Below, piece after piece: positions 20,273 to 30,820 of a stretch of DNA of 64,000 nt (its first letter is position 1; every line of letters starts with the position of its first letter). Source of the stretch: Bacillota bacterium (GTDB lineage Bacteria > Bacillota > DTU025). The position numbers were made by a program, and so were the translations under genes. Where the stretch lies: positions 96,001 through 160,000 of the forward strand of contig JBMNJT010000008.1 of NCBI GenBank assembly GCA_050951805.1, given 5' to 3'. The notes below the pieces were generated by a model. That model made no database searches, was not told the origin of the DNA, and saw nothing but the letters and a program-made list of their open reading frames with translations.

Positions 20273-20536
20273 GGAGAGTGGGCTAATACAGGATTTGGGA
20301 TGCGGGCGATTCGGGCTTTCAGGCTGTGGCGTCGAGGTTCATTCTCTAAACCGACAAAAACGAGCGGCGATCAAAGAAGATACCTTGTCCATTAAGAAAA
20401 CTGTGACATAGCCGATTTCATGTTGCCGGCACATACTGTGGCGGGCCCCGAACGTGCTCAGGAGGGGAATAGGGTAGCCTGCGAGGGATTGTGTTCGGGC
20501 AAATCCGGTCGCAGTAAGATTGGAGGAAGCGCAGCT

Positions 20537-21310
20537 ATGCAAAGCGGGACGCCGTATGGTCGAGTATTCGCAGAGGTGTATGAGAAGAAGTGGACTTGGT
20601 TTGCGCGGCAGCTGGCACCCAAGATAGAGTCGTTCTACGCCGCGACGCCAATAGGAAGATGCAACAAGTCGATCCTGGATGTCTGTTGTGGCACCGGGCA
20701 GCTTGCCCTCTACTTCCTCGAACGCGGGTTCAGCGTCGCTGGTGTGGATTTTTCCGAGCACATGCTCGCTCATGCCCGCGCCGCGGCGGCGGAGTGGATT
20801 GAGACCGGCAAGGCGCGCTTGGTTCAGGCTAACGCGACGAGCTTCGATGTGGGCGCAGGTTATGGCCTGGCCGTTTCGACATATGACTCTCTCAACCATC
20901 TTCCCGACATCGACGCCCTTTCGGCTTGTTTTCGGTGTATCTATCGGTCTCTTGCCGACGATGGATGGTTTCTTTTCGACCTCAATACGGATCTGGCATT
21001 CAGGACCGACTGGAACGGGGTTTCGGTTCAGGACGATGAGGAATCAATGATCGTGATGAGATCGATCTACGACTCTGTGAACAGGCGAGCCTTCATGAAG
21101 CTGTCGGGGTTTGTGAGGGCGCAGGATGGCAGGTACGATAGGTTTGAGGAGTTCGTGTCTGAGACAGCGTTTCCTCTGAAAGAGGTCAAGCATGCTTTGG
21201 AGGATGCAGGGTTCAGTAGCGTGAGATGCGTTGACGCAGCGGATTTTGGGACGCCACTTGACAATGATCCCGAGACCAAGAAGAGGGTATTTTTGGTGGC
21301 TGGCAAGTGA
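20537..21310 (+). CDS. Class I SAM-dependent methyltransferase
   Basis: ILDVCCGTG, GVDFSEHML, YDSLNHL, FLFDLNT; RBS GGAGG. Confidence 0.88.
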   Translation: MQSGTPYGRVFAEVYEKKWTWFARQLAPKIESFYAATPIGRCNKSILDVCCGTGQLALYFLERGFSVAGVDFSEHMLAHARAAAAEWIETGKARLVQANATSFDVGAGYGLAVSTYDSLNHLPDIDALSACFRCIYRSLADDGWFLFDLNTDLAFRTDWNGVSVQDDEESMIVMRSIYDSVNRRAFMKLSGFVRAQDGRYDRFEEFVSETAFPLKEVKHALEDAGFSSVRCVDAADFGTPLDNDPETKKRVFLVAGK

Positions 21311-21415
21311 AAGCCCGGCGTCAGGCCGGCAGACGACGGTCGGTAAGTAAGATGAGGGCTCTGCGGAGAGCCTAAGATGACAAAAAGAGGAGTGTGTTGA
21401 GGAATTAGGAGATTC

Positions 21416-21700
21416 TTGCGAGAACAGCGTTTCGTTATTCGTGCTGCTGCCGTCTTGGACATTGGGCGTGGATTGCCGCCCGCAGCTCAACAGACTCCGC
21501 GAGGCCTGCCTGCTCAGTCTCTTACGGACTGCGATACCCGCGAGCTTCGATATGATGCCCAGTTCGAAGTGAAGGTCCATGATGGTGTGTATGGTGTGGG
21601 TGCCTGTGAATTCATCGGGACCCTGTACGAGGCGATCCAGCTCTCTCAGGTGAGGAATTCTACGTTCGCCACCGGCATTATACAGATTATGGGAATCGGG
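21416..21700 (+). pseudogene. Possible degenerate Nudix hydrolase relic
   Basis: QSLTDCDTRELRYDAQFEVKV resembles an eroded Nudix box. Confidence 0.3.
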
Positions 21701-22321
21701 GATAAGGCGGGAGCATCACAAGCCAGATTATCACGTAGTAAGGATCGACTGTGGCCGCTGTGCCTCGACGTCTAGCTGGATCAACCATCTTCTCAAGGAT
21801 GATTGTGAAGGGCAGGGTTTGTATTCTTAGACAGGAAATCGGCAGGTCATGGTTTCAACCCCATCAAGCACGAAGCATACTACTACATTGTGGACCTCAC
21901 TCACTACCTACTCGAGCTTGGGCAGAAAAACACGCCGGAGTCTGTCGATTGGGAGGATTACATTCGCAGCGACATTCTGCTTTGAAATGTGTACGAGGTG
22001 GTTTCGCTTGAAGAGTACATATACCACTTCCGGCTGGAAGGGATTTGCGATATGCTATTGCCTTGTCTGTAGGCTTCACGGCTCCGGACGCGTCTCCCGT
22101 TGCCCACAAGTATCCGGGTGGGCGTCTTGAAGTAACATTCCCTGAAGGGTTGGAGCTGAGGGTATTGTATGGTGATCCTGATGACTTCGCTTTTGCCCCC
22201 GAGCCGGCAAAAACGACTAGGAGGAACTTTCGTCAGCAGGCTTTGCAATGCCGCAGCCCTGACGTGGGGGGCCAATTGTGGTAGAGTAGTTGCAGTCTGT
22301 TTTGAGAGGCGGGGCGCATTC

Positions 22322-22858
22322 GTGGAATTATGGGATGTATATGACTCCAACAGAGAGAAGGTTGGCAAGACTGCAGTGCGAGGGCAGGGACTTGAGGCCG
22401 GAGAGTATCATGTTGTTGTCCACATATGGTTGGTGAATAGTGAAGGCAACTTCCTGATCCAGAAGCGTGCAGCATCTGTCGAGGCGGCGCCTAACATCTG
22501 GGCCACGACCGGCGGATCGGCGCTTGCCGGGGAAAACAGCGCCGCTGCGTGCGCAAGAGAGCTGTATGAGGAGATCGGAGTCAGGGCCGACATGGGTAAG
22601 GCCCGGCTTGCCTTCACAGAGAAGAGGGCAGACTGTTTCTGTGACATTTGGATCATCCGACAAAGCATCAACATAGAAGATTGCAAGCTGCAGGTTGAGG
22701 AAGTGAGCGAGGTGAAATGGGCCTCTCCCGGAGAGATCCGGTTCATGATAGCCCAGGGGACGTTCTGGGGGTACCGATACATTGAAGGCCTGTTCAGCCT
22801 GGTGCAGGCTGACGAATCCGAAAGTCGCCCAAGAAAGCGTTCCGGCTTCAACAGCTAA
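22322..22858 (+). CDS. NUDIX hydrolase (IDI-like subfamily)
   Basis: ELWDVYD, FLIQKR, GGSALAGENSAAACARELYEEIG Nudix box; GTG start. Confidence 0.88.
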   Translation: MELWDVYDSNREKVGKTAVRGQGLEAGEYHVVVHIWLVNSEGNFLIQKRAASVEAAPNIWATTGGSALAGENSAAACARELYEEIGVRADMGKARLAFTEKRADCFCDIWIIRQSINIEDCKLQVEEVSEVKWASPGEIRFMIAQGTFWGYRYIEGLFSLVQADESESRPRKRSGFNS

Positions 22859-23831
22859 TACAGGCGTCGGCCCCATCTTTGCCGCTCCCTTCATGGAATG
22901 CTGACACATACTTGGATCATCTTGGCGCTTGGGGCCCGTTAAAAGCCCATCATAGCCCGCCAATCTGGAACAGATCGACTCAGCGGGTCGCCGTGCGGTG
23001 GCAAAACGAAGAAGAAGGCGCTGCGGTGATAGTCGGAATACTCTGAGGCTGGGAAAGCCAGCCACATTAGGAAGCGGCGAGGCTCCACAAAGGCTAAAAT
23101 GCGAGGCCACGAGCGTGCTCGCGCTGTAGTTCTTCAAGCATTGATCGAACTAGCCCTGCTCCGAAAAGCATGGACCTGTATGCTGAAAATCGGCTGATGC
23201 GACTTTTCGCGAATATCCCTTCCAATCCGCTTCGGCCCACCTGAGTAGACCGCAACAAATCTCTGCGCGATCCCCAAGTTGTACTGTCGCTGTCTGGGAG
23301 ACTCCTAAGCCTAGGAAAGCGCCGTGCGGCGTAAGGTTCGCCGCGGGGGCGAGCAGGTTCTGCAGACCAGTCTAAAACTTAGACACCCGCGCCCGAAAAG
23401 CGACTAAATAATAGACACATTCCTTGAAGGCAGGCCCAAGTCGCCCTTTCATATGGGTGCGTTGAATGCATAGACTGCCGGAGCGCTCACACGAATCTTA
23501 TGCGCATCGTTTTCGTCGTTGTAAAGAAGATGGTTGCCCGCAAGCGTCGAACCGGGATTTCGATCTACCCTGGCTTTGCCCCGTGAATCATATCCCGGCG
23601 CGGCTCAATGCTGCGGGCGTCTATGGCTAAGGCCAAGATGCGTACGTTGTCGATGCACAAATGCGAACCAATTACCGCACTGCGAAATCGGTGCAAAGAC
23701 GTGTCTACACCTATCAGACATGATATGGCAGGCCGCAAAAGCTTATTGGGAGTTACTTAGCATGCCTGTAGCTTGCCACATCTTGAAGCCCTATTCCAAA
23801 GACGCTCAATCGGGAACAGGGCACGAAAAGT

Positions 23832-23875
23832 TGTTACCCGTCTGTAACTTCCCCGTAACCCATTATTATTACCAT
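23832..23875 (+). promoter_or_regulatory. Three phased heptamers plus -10 box: putative SARP/BTAD-activated promoter
   Basis: TGTTACC (23832), TGTAACT (23843), CGTAACC (23854) at exact 11-bp period; TACCAT at 23870-23875. Confidence 0.55.
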
Positions 23876-23973
23876 CAATTCAGAGTCTGTGTACTCCGCT
23901 CCAATGACACAGCGAGGCACGGAAGATACCGTAGTACCGGAATATTGCGGATTGCGGGGAGGAGCAGAAGAGA

Positions 23974-24714
23974 ATGCGACTTGACGGCAAGGTTGCAATA
24001 ATCACAGGATCCGGAAGGGGTTTAGGCAAAGAAGCCGCTTTTCTTTTTGCGGAAGAGGGCGCAAGGGTAGTGGTCTGCGACATCAACCGACAGAGCGCTG
24101 AAGAGGTTGCCCTAGCCATTGTCGATGCGGGCGGCGAAGCCATGGCCACAATGGTGGACGTGACCGACTCTGAAAGTGTCCAGAGGATGGTGGATGCCGC
24201 CATGGAGCGGTTCGGAACCATCGACGTGCTGGTTAACAACGCCGGCATAACCGCCGACGCCCAGCTGGTGAAGATGACAGAGGACCAGTGGGATCGGGTG
24301 ATCGCGGTCAACCTCAAGGGCGTGTATCTTTGCACCAAGGCGGTGGCGCCCATTATGATCGCCAAGGGTTCGGGCAGGATCATCAACACCTCTTCAGTGG
24401 TGGGCATCTATGGCAACTTCGGGCAGTCCAACTACGTTGCCACCAAAGCCGGGGTCATCGGAATGACAAAAGTCTGGGCCAAGGAGCTCGGACGGAAGGG
24501 GATCACCGTAAACGCTGTAGCCCCCGGTTTTACCATGACAGAGATGATGTCCACCGTTCCCGAAAAAGTCCTCACCGGTATCAGAGACAGAACTCCCTTG
24601 GGCAGACTGGGCGAGCCTCGAGACATCGCCTATGCATACCTTTATCTCGCATCTAACGAAGCAAGTTTTGTCAATGGCGCGACGATTCAGGTGGATGGCG
24701 GTCTGACTCTTTGA
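23974..24714 (+). CDS. fabG: SDR family 3-oxoacyl-ACP/acetoacetyl-CoA reductase
   Basis: TGSGRGLG, NNAGIT, YVATK (YxxxK), VAPGF. Confidence 0.85.
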   Translation: MRLDGKVAIITGSGRGLGKEAAFLFAEEGARVVVCDINRQSAEEVALAIVDAGGEAMATMVDVTDSESVQRMVDAAMERFGTIDVLVNNAGITADAQLVKMTEDQWDRVIAVNLKGVYLCTKAVAPIMIAKGSGRIINTSSVVGIYGNFGQSNYVATKAGVIGMTKVWAKELGRKGITVNAVAPGFTMTEMMSTVPEKVLTGIRDRTPLGRLGEPRDIAYAYLYLASNEASFVNGATIQVDGGLTL

Positions 24715-24754
24715 TCACGATTTGGCACAAGACATGTTGCGAGGAGGGACGGTA

Positions 24755-26047
24755 ATGGATGTTAAGGAGCTTTACCGCAGCAAGCTGATCTCCACCCAAG
24801 AGGCGGTGGGCATGGTCTGTTCGGACCAGAGCATCGTTTCAGCCATGTGTGCGGCAGAGCCCCCGGGACTTTTGGGGGCGATCTCTTCCCGCAAGTGCGA
24901 GCTGGAGAATGTGACCATCATGTCTTGCCTCCTGATGCGGGATTACGATTTTCTCAAGCCCGAGATGAAAGGGCATTTCCTAAACGAGGCCTGGTATTAT
25001 GGTCAATACTCCTATATGGCCCATCCAGGCGGAACAGTCACGTTCCTCCCGAACCACCTCAGCGAGTGTGGGCTCAAGAAGGCCCAGATCGATCCGCCCG
25101 ACATCTTCTGGGGAACTGCCACCCCGCCTGACAAGAATGGTTACATGTCCTTGTCCCTCAGTCTCACCTATGAAAAACCCATGATAGCGGCGGCAAAAAC
25201 CGTCGTCCTTGAGATAAACGAGAATCTCCCTCGCACCCTAGGCGACACCCACATCCACATCTCGCAGGTGGACTATGTCGTCGAGAATGCCGTCCCCCTC
25301 GTCGAGATAGACCACATCACCCCTTCAGAGGTCGAGATGGAGATAGGACGTAACGTGGCGTCCTTGATCGAGGACGGAAGCACCATCCAGCTGGGGATAG
25401 GTGGCATTCCAAATGCAGTGACAGCATCTCTCATGGACAAACGCGACCTCGGAGTCCACACCGAGATGCTTACCGACGGCATGGTGGACCTCTTCAATGC
25501 CGGGGTGGTTACAGGGCGCGCGAAGACGCTGTGGCCGGAGAAGATGGTCGGCTGTTTTGCCTTGGGCACTCGCAAGCTCTACGACTTCATCGACGACAAC
25601 TTAGGAGTGGAGCTTCACGGAGGCCACATCACCAACGATCCTAGGGTGATAGCCAAAAACCACAAGATGGTGAGCATCAACACCACCATGCAGGTGGACC
25701 TCGCCGGCCAGGCCAACTCCGAAACCCTGGGAACGAGGCAGTACAGCGGGGGAGGCGGTGCCCTCAATACATGCATGGGTGCGCAGATGTCGCCCGGAGG
25801 CAAGTCAATACTGGCGCTGAGGTCTACAGCTAAGGGCGGTGCCATATCCACCATAGTGCCGTGTTTTGGGGACGGACAGTCAGTTACAATTCCCAGAGCC
25901 GACATCGATTACGTGGTGACGGAGTATGGCATTGCCAGGCTGAAGGCTATGAATATTCGGAAAAGGGTCGAAGCTCTGATCGCCATAGCCCATCCCAACT
26001 ATAGGGATTGGTTGTGGTCGGAGGCCGAGGCTTTGCAATATGTGTAG
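24755..26047 (+). CDS. Acetyl-CoA hydrolase/4-hydroxybutyrate CoA-transferase family
   Basis: IEDGSTIQLGIGGIPNAV, DLGVHTEM, QYSGGGG, DYVVTEYG, IAHPNYR. Confidence 0.88.
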   Translation: MDVKELYRSKLISTQEAVGMVCSDQSIVSAMCAAEPPGLLGAISSRKCELENVTIMSCLLMRDYDFLKPEMKGHFLNEAWYYGQYSYMAHPGGTVTFLPNHLSECGLKKAQIDPPDIFWGTATPPDKNGYMSLSLSLTYEKPMIAAAKTVVLEINENLPRTLGDTHIHISQVDYVVENAVPLVEIDHITPSEVEMEIGRNVASLIEDGSTIQLGIGGIPNAVTASLMDKRDLGVHTEMLTDGMVDLFNAGVVTGRAKTLWPEKMVGCFALGTRKLYDFIDDNLGVELHGGHITNDPRVIAKNHKMVSINTTMQVDLAGQANSETLGTRQYSGGGGALNTCMGAQMSPGGKSILALRSTAKGGAISTIVPCFGDGQSVTIPRADIDYVVTEYGIARLKAMNIRKRVEALIAIAHPNYRDWLWSEAEALQYV

Positions 26048-26086
26048 CCCGTGGCGGAAACTACCGAATTAACGGAGGCGTTGTTG

Positions 26087-27091
26087 ATGGAACGGTATGC
26101 GAGGATCATCGGGACCGGTCTCTATCTTCCGGAGACCGAAATATCCAATGCCCACATGGCTGAGAGGATCAATCAGGCCGCACCTGGCCTAGGTGACGTG
26201 GTGTTCAAGTTTGAAGAGTCTTCGCGCATAATGAAACGGTACTATGCTCCGCGCGATTGGGCCACAAGCGACCTTGCAGCAAAAGCGGCAATGGCCGCCT
26301 TGGAGGACGCGGGGGTTGCCCCTGAAGACCTGGATTTGATCATCTTGGGCACTGACAGCCCAGATTTCATAACCCCTGCCACGTCCGTGGTAACACAGCA
26401 CAAGATCGGGGCAAAAAATGCCGGCACCTACGACATCGGGTGCGCCTGCGCTTCCTTTCCTACAGGTATTGCGGCTGCAGCTGGCCACATCGCGACCAAC
26501 CCGTGGATCCGTTACGTGCTAGTTATCGGCGCATACATGATGAGCAAGTTGGCCGACCCCAATGACGTCACTTCCTTCTTTTACGGGGACGGGGCGGGGG
26601 CGGCAGTGCTTACCGTCGATGACAAGCCCGGGTTCATCACGTCATCATTCATAGCTGATGGATCCTACCACGAGGCATGGGGTATCTACTCTGGCGGAAC
26701 GTACGAACCTGCTACCTGCGACTCTGTCCAGGCGGGCCGGACGAACGTGCGGTTCGTGTCGAAATACCCGGCGGAGGTTAACCATCAGGGCTGGCCCAAA
26801 GTAGTGCGGGCGCTCGCCGAGAGGGGCGGGTTTGAAGTCTCCGATATAGACCTGGCCATATTCACCCAAGTAAACTGGTATTCCATAGACATAGTCATGG
26901 CCGACTTGGGCCTTCCTATCGAAAAGGCACATCGCATCATGGACAGAATGGGATACACCGGATCTGCATGCATTCCCATGGCTTTGGACGATGCGAGGAA
27001 ACAGGGGAGGATTAACCCTGGCGACCTGGTGGTTCTCGTGGGTTCCGGAGTAGGCTACAACCAGGCCGGAGTCGCACTGCGCATGTGGTAG
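26087..27091 (+). CDS. KAS III (FabH)-like condensing enzyme with non-canonical active site
   Basis: [17 protein letters not shown] (catalytic Cys), GDGAGA; FTQVN and GYTGSA replace HQAN and GNTS. Confidence 0.82.
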   Translation: MERYARIIGTGLYLPETEISNAHMAERINQAAPGLGDVVFKFEESSRIMKRYYAPRDWATSDLAAKAAMAALEDAGVAPEDLDLIILGTDSPDFITPATSVVTQHKIGAKNAGTYDIGCACASFPTGIAAAAGHIATNPWIRYVLVIGAYMMSKLADPNDVTSFFYGDGAGAAVLTVDDKPGFITSSFIADGSYHEAWGIYSGGTYEPATCDSVQAGRTNVRFVSKYPAEVNHQGWPKVVRALAERGGFEVSDIDLAIFTQVNWYSIDIVMADLGLPIEKAHRIMDRMGYTGSACIPMALDDARKQGRINPGDLVVLVGSGVGYNQAGVALRMW

Positions 27092-27291
27092 CGGGGGAGC
27101 CACGAACCCCAGCCGAATCGGGGGCTTGGGGCGCTGCCATGGATGGTATTGGGACTGGTTCCCTAACTGAGAAAGGCTGGGCGGGGGTGGAAGGTTCAGG
27201 CCCAACTTCGTTGAATCTTGGAATGTGCAGGGGTCTCGGCGAATGCTGCCTTGACCTTGTGCGACCAGAATTGCAATGGAGGTATAGAGGC

Positions 27292-28470
27292 ATGAGAGAG
27301 GTAGTCATAGCTTCTGCTGCGCGAACTGCCATAGGCACGTTTGGGGGAACTCTCGCGACTGTGCCCGCGCCCCGTTTGGGCACTATTGCGGTAAAGGCGG
27401 CTATCGAGAGGGCAGGGATTCGAAACGACGCGGTGGATGAAGTGATCATGGGTTGCGTGCTCCAGGCCGGACAAGGGCAGAACCCTGCGCGACAGGCGGC
27501 GATCGGGGCCGGATTGCCAGTGGAAATTCCCGCAATGACCGTGAACAAAGTCTGCGCTTCAGGGCTTAAGTCGGTGGCCTTAGCCGCCCAGGCGATCATG
27601 GTGGGTGATGCCGAGATCGTAGTGGCGGGCGGGCTGGAGAACATGAACATGGCCCCATACATCCTCGATAAGGCGAGGACCGGGTATCGCATGGGGAACG
27701 CTGAGATCATTGACGAGATGGTTCATGACGGGCTGTGGTGCATCTTCGGAAACACCCACATGGGCATCACCGCGGAGACCGTTGCCGAAAAGTACGGAAT
27801 TTCCCGCGAAGAGCAGGACGAGTTTGCGGCCAAGAGCCAGCAAAAAGCGGCCGAGGCCATAGAGGCCGGCAGATTTGCTGAAGAGATAGTTCCCGTACAG
27901 ATCCCTCAGAGAAAGGGAGATCCGATCGTATTTGCCCAGGATGAGCACGTAAGGCCAGGTACGACAGTGGAGGTTCTCGCAAAGCTCAGGCCGGCCTTTA
28001 AGAAGGACGGCACGGTAACTGCTGGAAACGCCTCGGGCATCAACGACGGCGCGGCGGCGGTAGTGGTCATGTCGGCCGAGCGCGCACGCGACCTGGGGAT
28101 AGAGCCTCTGGCCAAGATCAGATCCTACGCCTCTTTAGGTGTCGATCCGAGCGTAATGGGGATCGGACCGGTGCCTGCCACCAGAAAGGCGCTTGCAAAG
28201 GCCGGACTGTCCCTGGAAGATATCGACCTGATAGAAGCGAACGAAGCCTTTGCTGCGCAGTCCATAGCGGTCGGACGCGACTTGGCATGGGATCCTGACA
28301 AGGTGAACGTCAACGGAGGCGCTATTGCCCTTGGCCATCCCATCGGCGCAAGCGGAACGAGGATCCTCGTCACCCTCCTCCATGAGATGAAACGGAGAGA
28401 TGCCAAGCTCGGCCTTGCTACCCTTTGTATCGGCGGAGGCATGGGCATGGCGATGATAGTTGAGAGGTAA
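27292..28470 (+). CDS. Acetyl-CoA C-acetyltransferase (thiolase)
   Basis: [30 protein letters not shown]. Confidence 0.95.
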   Translation: MREVVIASAARTAIGTFGGTLATVPAPRLGTIAVKAAIERAGIRNDAVDEVIMGCVLQAGQGQNPARQAAIGAGLPVEIPAMTVNKVCASGLKSVALAAQAIMVGDAEIVVAGGLENMNMAPYILDKARTGYRMGNAEIIDEMVHDGLWCIFGNTHMGITAETVAEKYGISREEQDEFAAKSQQKAAEAIEAGRFAEEIVPVQIPQRKGDPIVFAQDEHVRPGTTVEVLAKLRPAFKKDGTVTAGNASGINDGAAAVVVMSAERARDLGIEPLAKIRSYASLGVDPSVMGIGPVPATRKALAKAGLSLEDIDLIEANEAFAAQSIAVGRDLAWDPDKVNVNGGAIALGHPIGASGTRILVTLLHEMKRRDAKLGLATLCIGGGMGMAMIVER

Positions 28471-28688
28471 TCTCTACAGGCAATCACTTTGCCGGGTGGT
28501 CTGAAAGTTCGGAGGCTCGGGAACTTCCGAGGCAAGCCTCGTCAGCTGGCGAGCGATGCAAAGCAGAGCACTGGGAATTTGAGATGGACGCGGGTGGGGC
28601 CGGATGACGACCCTGCGCGGCAATAGCCTCTGGGAAGGACGGTCCCGCATCTATTACACTTAACAGAAATAGCGGAGGAGTTCGAGAA

Positions 28689-28910
28689 ATGACGCGCGAG
28701 ACAGTGATTGCGTCGTTCGTGATCAGGTTCGTCAAGCCCGCGGTGAGCATGGGCCCGCTGGAGAGGGCAGATATGGACCTGGACGATGGGGCGCCAAACC
28801 TCAGAATTGCGGTCAGGCACATCCAAGGGGGATATGAGCGCAGGTTCGCGGATTTGGATGATGCCATTGGCTTCATCCGAGATGAGATCCAACTGCTTGA
28901 GCTGGAATAG
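28689..28910 (+). CDS. Small hypothetical protein (73 aa)
   Basis: RBS GGAGGAG; SFVIRF...VRHIQGGYERRFADLDDAIGFI; 3 bp upstream of livH. Confidence 0.6.
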   Translation: MTRETVIASFVIRFVKPAVSMGPLERADMDLDDGAPNLRIAVRHIQGGYERRFADLDDAIGFIRDEIQLLELE

Positions 28911-28913
28911 GGG

Positions 28914-29792
28914 GTGGGGAATGTGTTCGGGCAGCAGGTAGTAAGCGGCCTTTCAGCTGGATGCCTATATGCTCTGGCAGCGTTGGGGCTCGTACTGGTC
29001 TACCGAACCATGGAGATCGTCAACTTCGCCCACGGCGAAATGGCCATGGTATCTACTTTCGTGGCGCACACCCTGCTGATTAAGGCAGGACTGCCATACA
29101 TACTTGCCATGATTGGGGCATTGATATTCGCATTCATCTTCGGTATGGCAGTCGAGCGGATATTCCTCAGGCCGATCCAAGAAGGGCCCCTCATCAGCAT
29201 GATGATCATGACACTCGGGCTTTTCATGGTTTTCAACGGAGCGGCGGGATGGATATGGGGATTTGACCCGGTAAGCTTTCCATACGCGGTTAAGGGACGC
29301 CCCATTCTCATCGGGGACATCATCGTAACCCGCGACAGCCTTCTCGTGTTGGCAGTCACCGTTACAATTGCCGGAGTGCTCTATGCGGCGCTCAAGTTCA
29401 CCATGGCCGGCATTGCTATAAGAGCTGCCTCACAGAACCCGCGCGCCGCGAGGCTCATGGGAGTCCCGGTGCCGAAGGTCTATTCGCTCACCTGGGGCAT
29501 AAGCGCAGTTCTAGGCGCTGTTGCCGGAATACTGATCGCTCCAACCACGTTCTTGAGCCCTAGCATGATGGCGGAGGTCCAGATAAAGGCCTTCACCGCT
29601 GCGGTGCTTGGAGGATTCTCGAGCCTGCCCGGGGCCGTGGTCGGCGGATTGCTCTTAGGCGTGCTTGAGAACCTGGTTGCGGGTTACATCTCTACACAGC
29701 TCAAGAGCACTTTTGCCTTTGCTCTTATAGTCATAGTCCTCCTGATCCGTCCCAGCGGGATCATGGGCGCGACCGAGAAAAGGAAGGTGTGA
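28914..29792 (+). CDS. livH: Liv-type ABC permease (LivH)
   Basis: YALAALGLVLVY..NFAHGE, KAFTAAVLGG. Confidence 0.88.
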   Translation: MGNVFGQQVVSGLSAGCLYALAALGLVLVYRTMEIVNFAHGEMAMVSTFVAHTLLIKAGLPYILAMIGALIFAFIFGMAVERIFLRPIQEGPLISMMIMTLGLFMVFNGAAGWIWGFDPVSFPYAVKGRPILIGDIIVTRDSLLVLAVTVTIAGVLYAALKFTMAGIAIRAASQNPRAARLMGVPVPKVYSLTWGISAVLGAVAGILIAPTTFLSPSMMAEVQIKAFTAAVLGGFSSLPGAVVGGLLLGVLENLVAGYISTQLKSTFAFALIVIVLLIRPSGIMGATEKRKV

Positions 29793-30820
29793 GGCTCGTG
29801 AAAGACACCCCCAAGGGAACTCGTTGCTTGCTCAAGATGCCTGGCGGTCGCAGTGTTTTGCTCGGCGCGGCCCTCCTTCTGTTGCCCCTCGTTACAATGG
29901 CTTTCGGCAGGACTTACGTAGTATATCTTTACAGCCTTGTCATGGTCTACGTCATTGTCTCATTGGGGCTGAACATTCTGACAGGCTATACAGGACAGAT
30001 TTCCATCGGGCACGCTGGTTTCATGGGAATAGCGGCCTACGCTTCGGCGATATTCACCGGCAGGTTGGGCATCCCGTTTGTTCCCGCAATGATGCTTTCG
30101 GGGCTACTGGCGGCGGTTATAGGGCTGGGCCTTGGGGTGCCTGCGCTGCGGCTTCATGGGCACTACCTCGCCATATGCACCATGGGCTTTGGAGTCGCCG
30201 TAAACCAGCTGTCTGCGGTCTGGGACGGGCTGACAGGCGGATATCAGGGAATGAAGGTTCCTGCCGCATCGATCTTCGGCTACAGGTTCGAGAGCGACCT
30301 CAGCTACTACTACTTGGCCTTGGCAGTGACTTGGCTGATGGTTGTTGCAGCCCGGAATATCCTCCGTTCGCGCCCGGGTAGAGCCCTGATGGCCGTGCGC
30401 GACAGCGAAGTCGCGGCAGAGGCCATGGGGATAAACCTTGCCAAATACAAAGTGGCCGCCTTTGCCATAAGCGCGTTCTATGCAGGGATTGCCGGGAGCC
30501 TCTATGCGCACCTTGTGAAGTACGTGAGCCCGTACGATTTCAACATGGGGGTTTCCATGACATTGCTCGCTTCGATCTGCGTTGGGGGCCTGGGCAGTGT
30601 GCCAGGGTCTATCCTAGGGGCGATCTTTATGACGCTGATGCCCCATGCTTTCAGCCGAGTGAAAAACCTGCCGTTGGTCCTATCAGGAATCTCCCTGATA
30701 TTGGTAGTGCTCTTCCTGCCCTATGGGCTGGCGAGCTTGCCTTGGAAGATAAAGAGCGCAAGAAGTGCAAGATCCACAGGGGGTACAGCGGGGAGGGTAG
30801 AGACGAGTGGCGATGCTTGA
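29789..30820 (+). CDS. livM: Liv-type ABC permease (LivM)
   Basis: GLNILTGYTGQISIGHAGF, GHYLAICTMGF, AFAISAFYAG. Confidence 0.88.
   Translation: MRLVKDTPKGTRCLLKMPGGRSVLLGAALLLLPLVTMAFGRTYVVYLYSLVMVYVIVSLGLNILTGYTGQISIGHAGFMGIAAYASAIFTGRLGIPFVPAMMLSGLLAAVIGLGLGVPALRLHGHYLAICTMGFGVAVNQLSAVWDGLTGGYQGMKVPAASIFGYRFESDLSYYYLALAVTWLMVVAARNILRSRPGRALMAVRDSEVAAEAMGINLAKYKVAAFAISAFYAGIAGSLYAHLVKYVSPYDFNMGVSMTLLASICVGGLGSVPGSILGAIFMTLMPHAFSRVKNLPLVLSGISLILVVLFLPYGLASLPWKIKSARSARSTGGTAGRVETSGDA

Noticed and set aside
22328-23137. 269-aa minus-strand ORF, and many similar antisense or overlapping ORFs in the track
   Set aside because: They overlap well-supported genes on the other strand or frame, have no recognisable motifs, and are typical shadow ORFs of GC-rich DNA.
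23241-23254. 14-mer CTGAGTAGACCGCA repeated at 44373-44386, both copies intergenic; possible IS end
   Set aside because: Several chance 14-mer matches are expected in 64 kb, the match does not extend, and I found no inverted partner.
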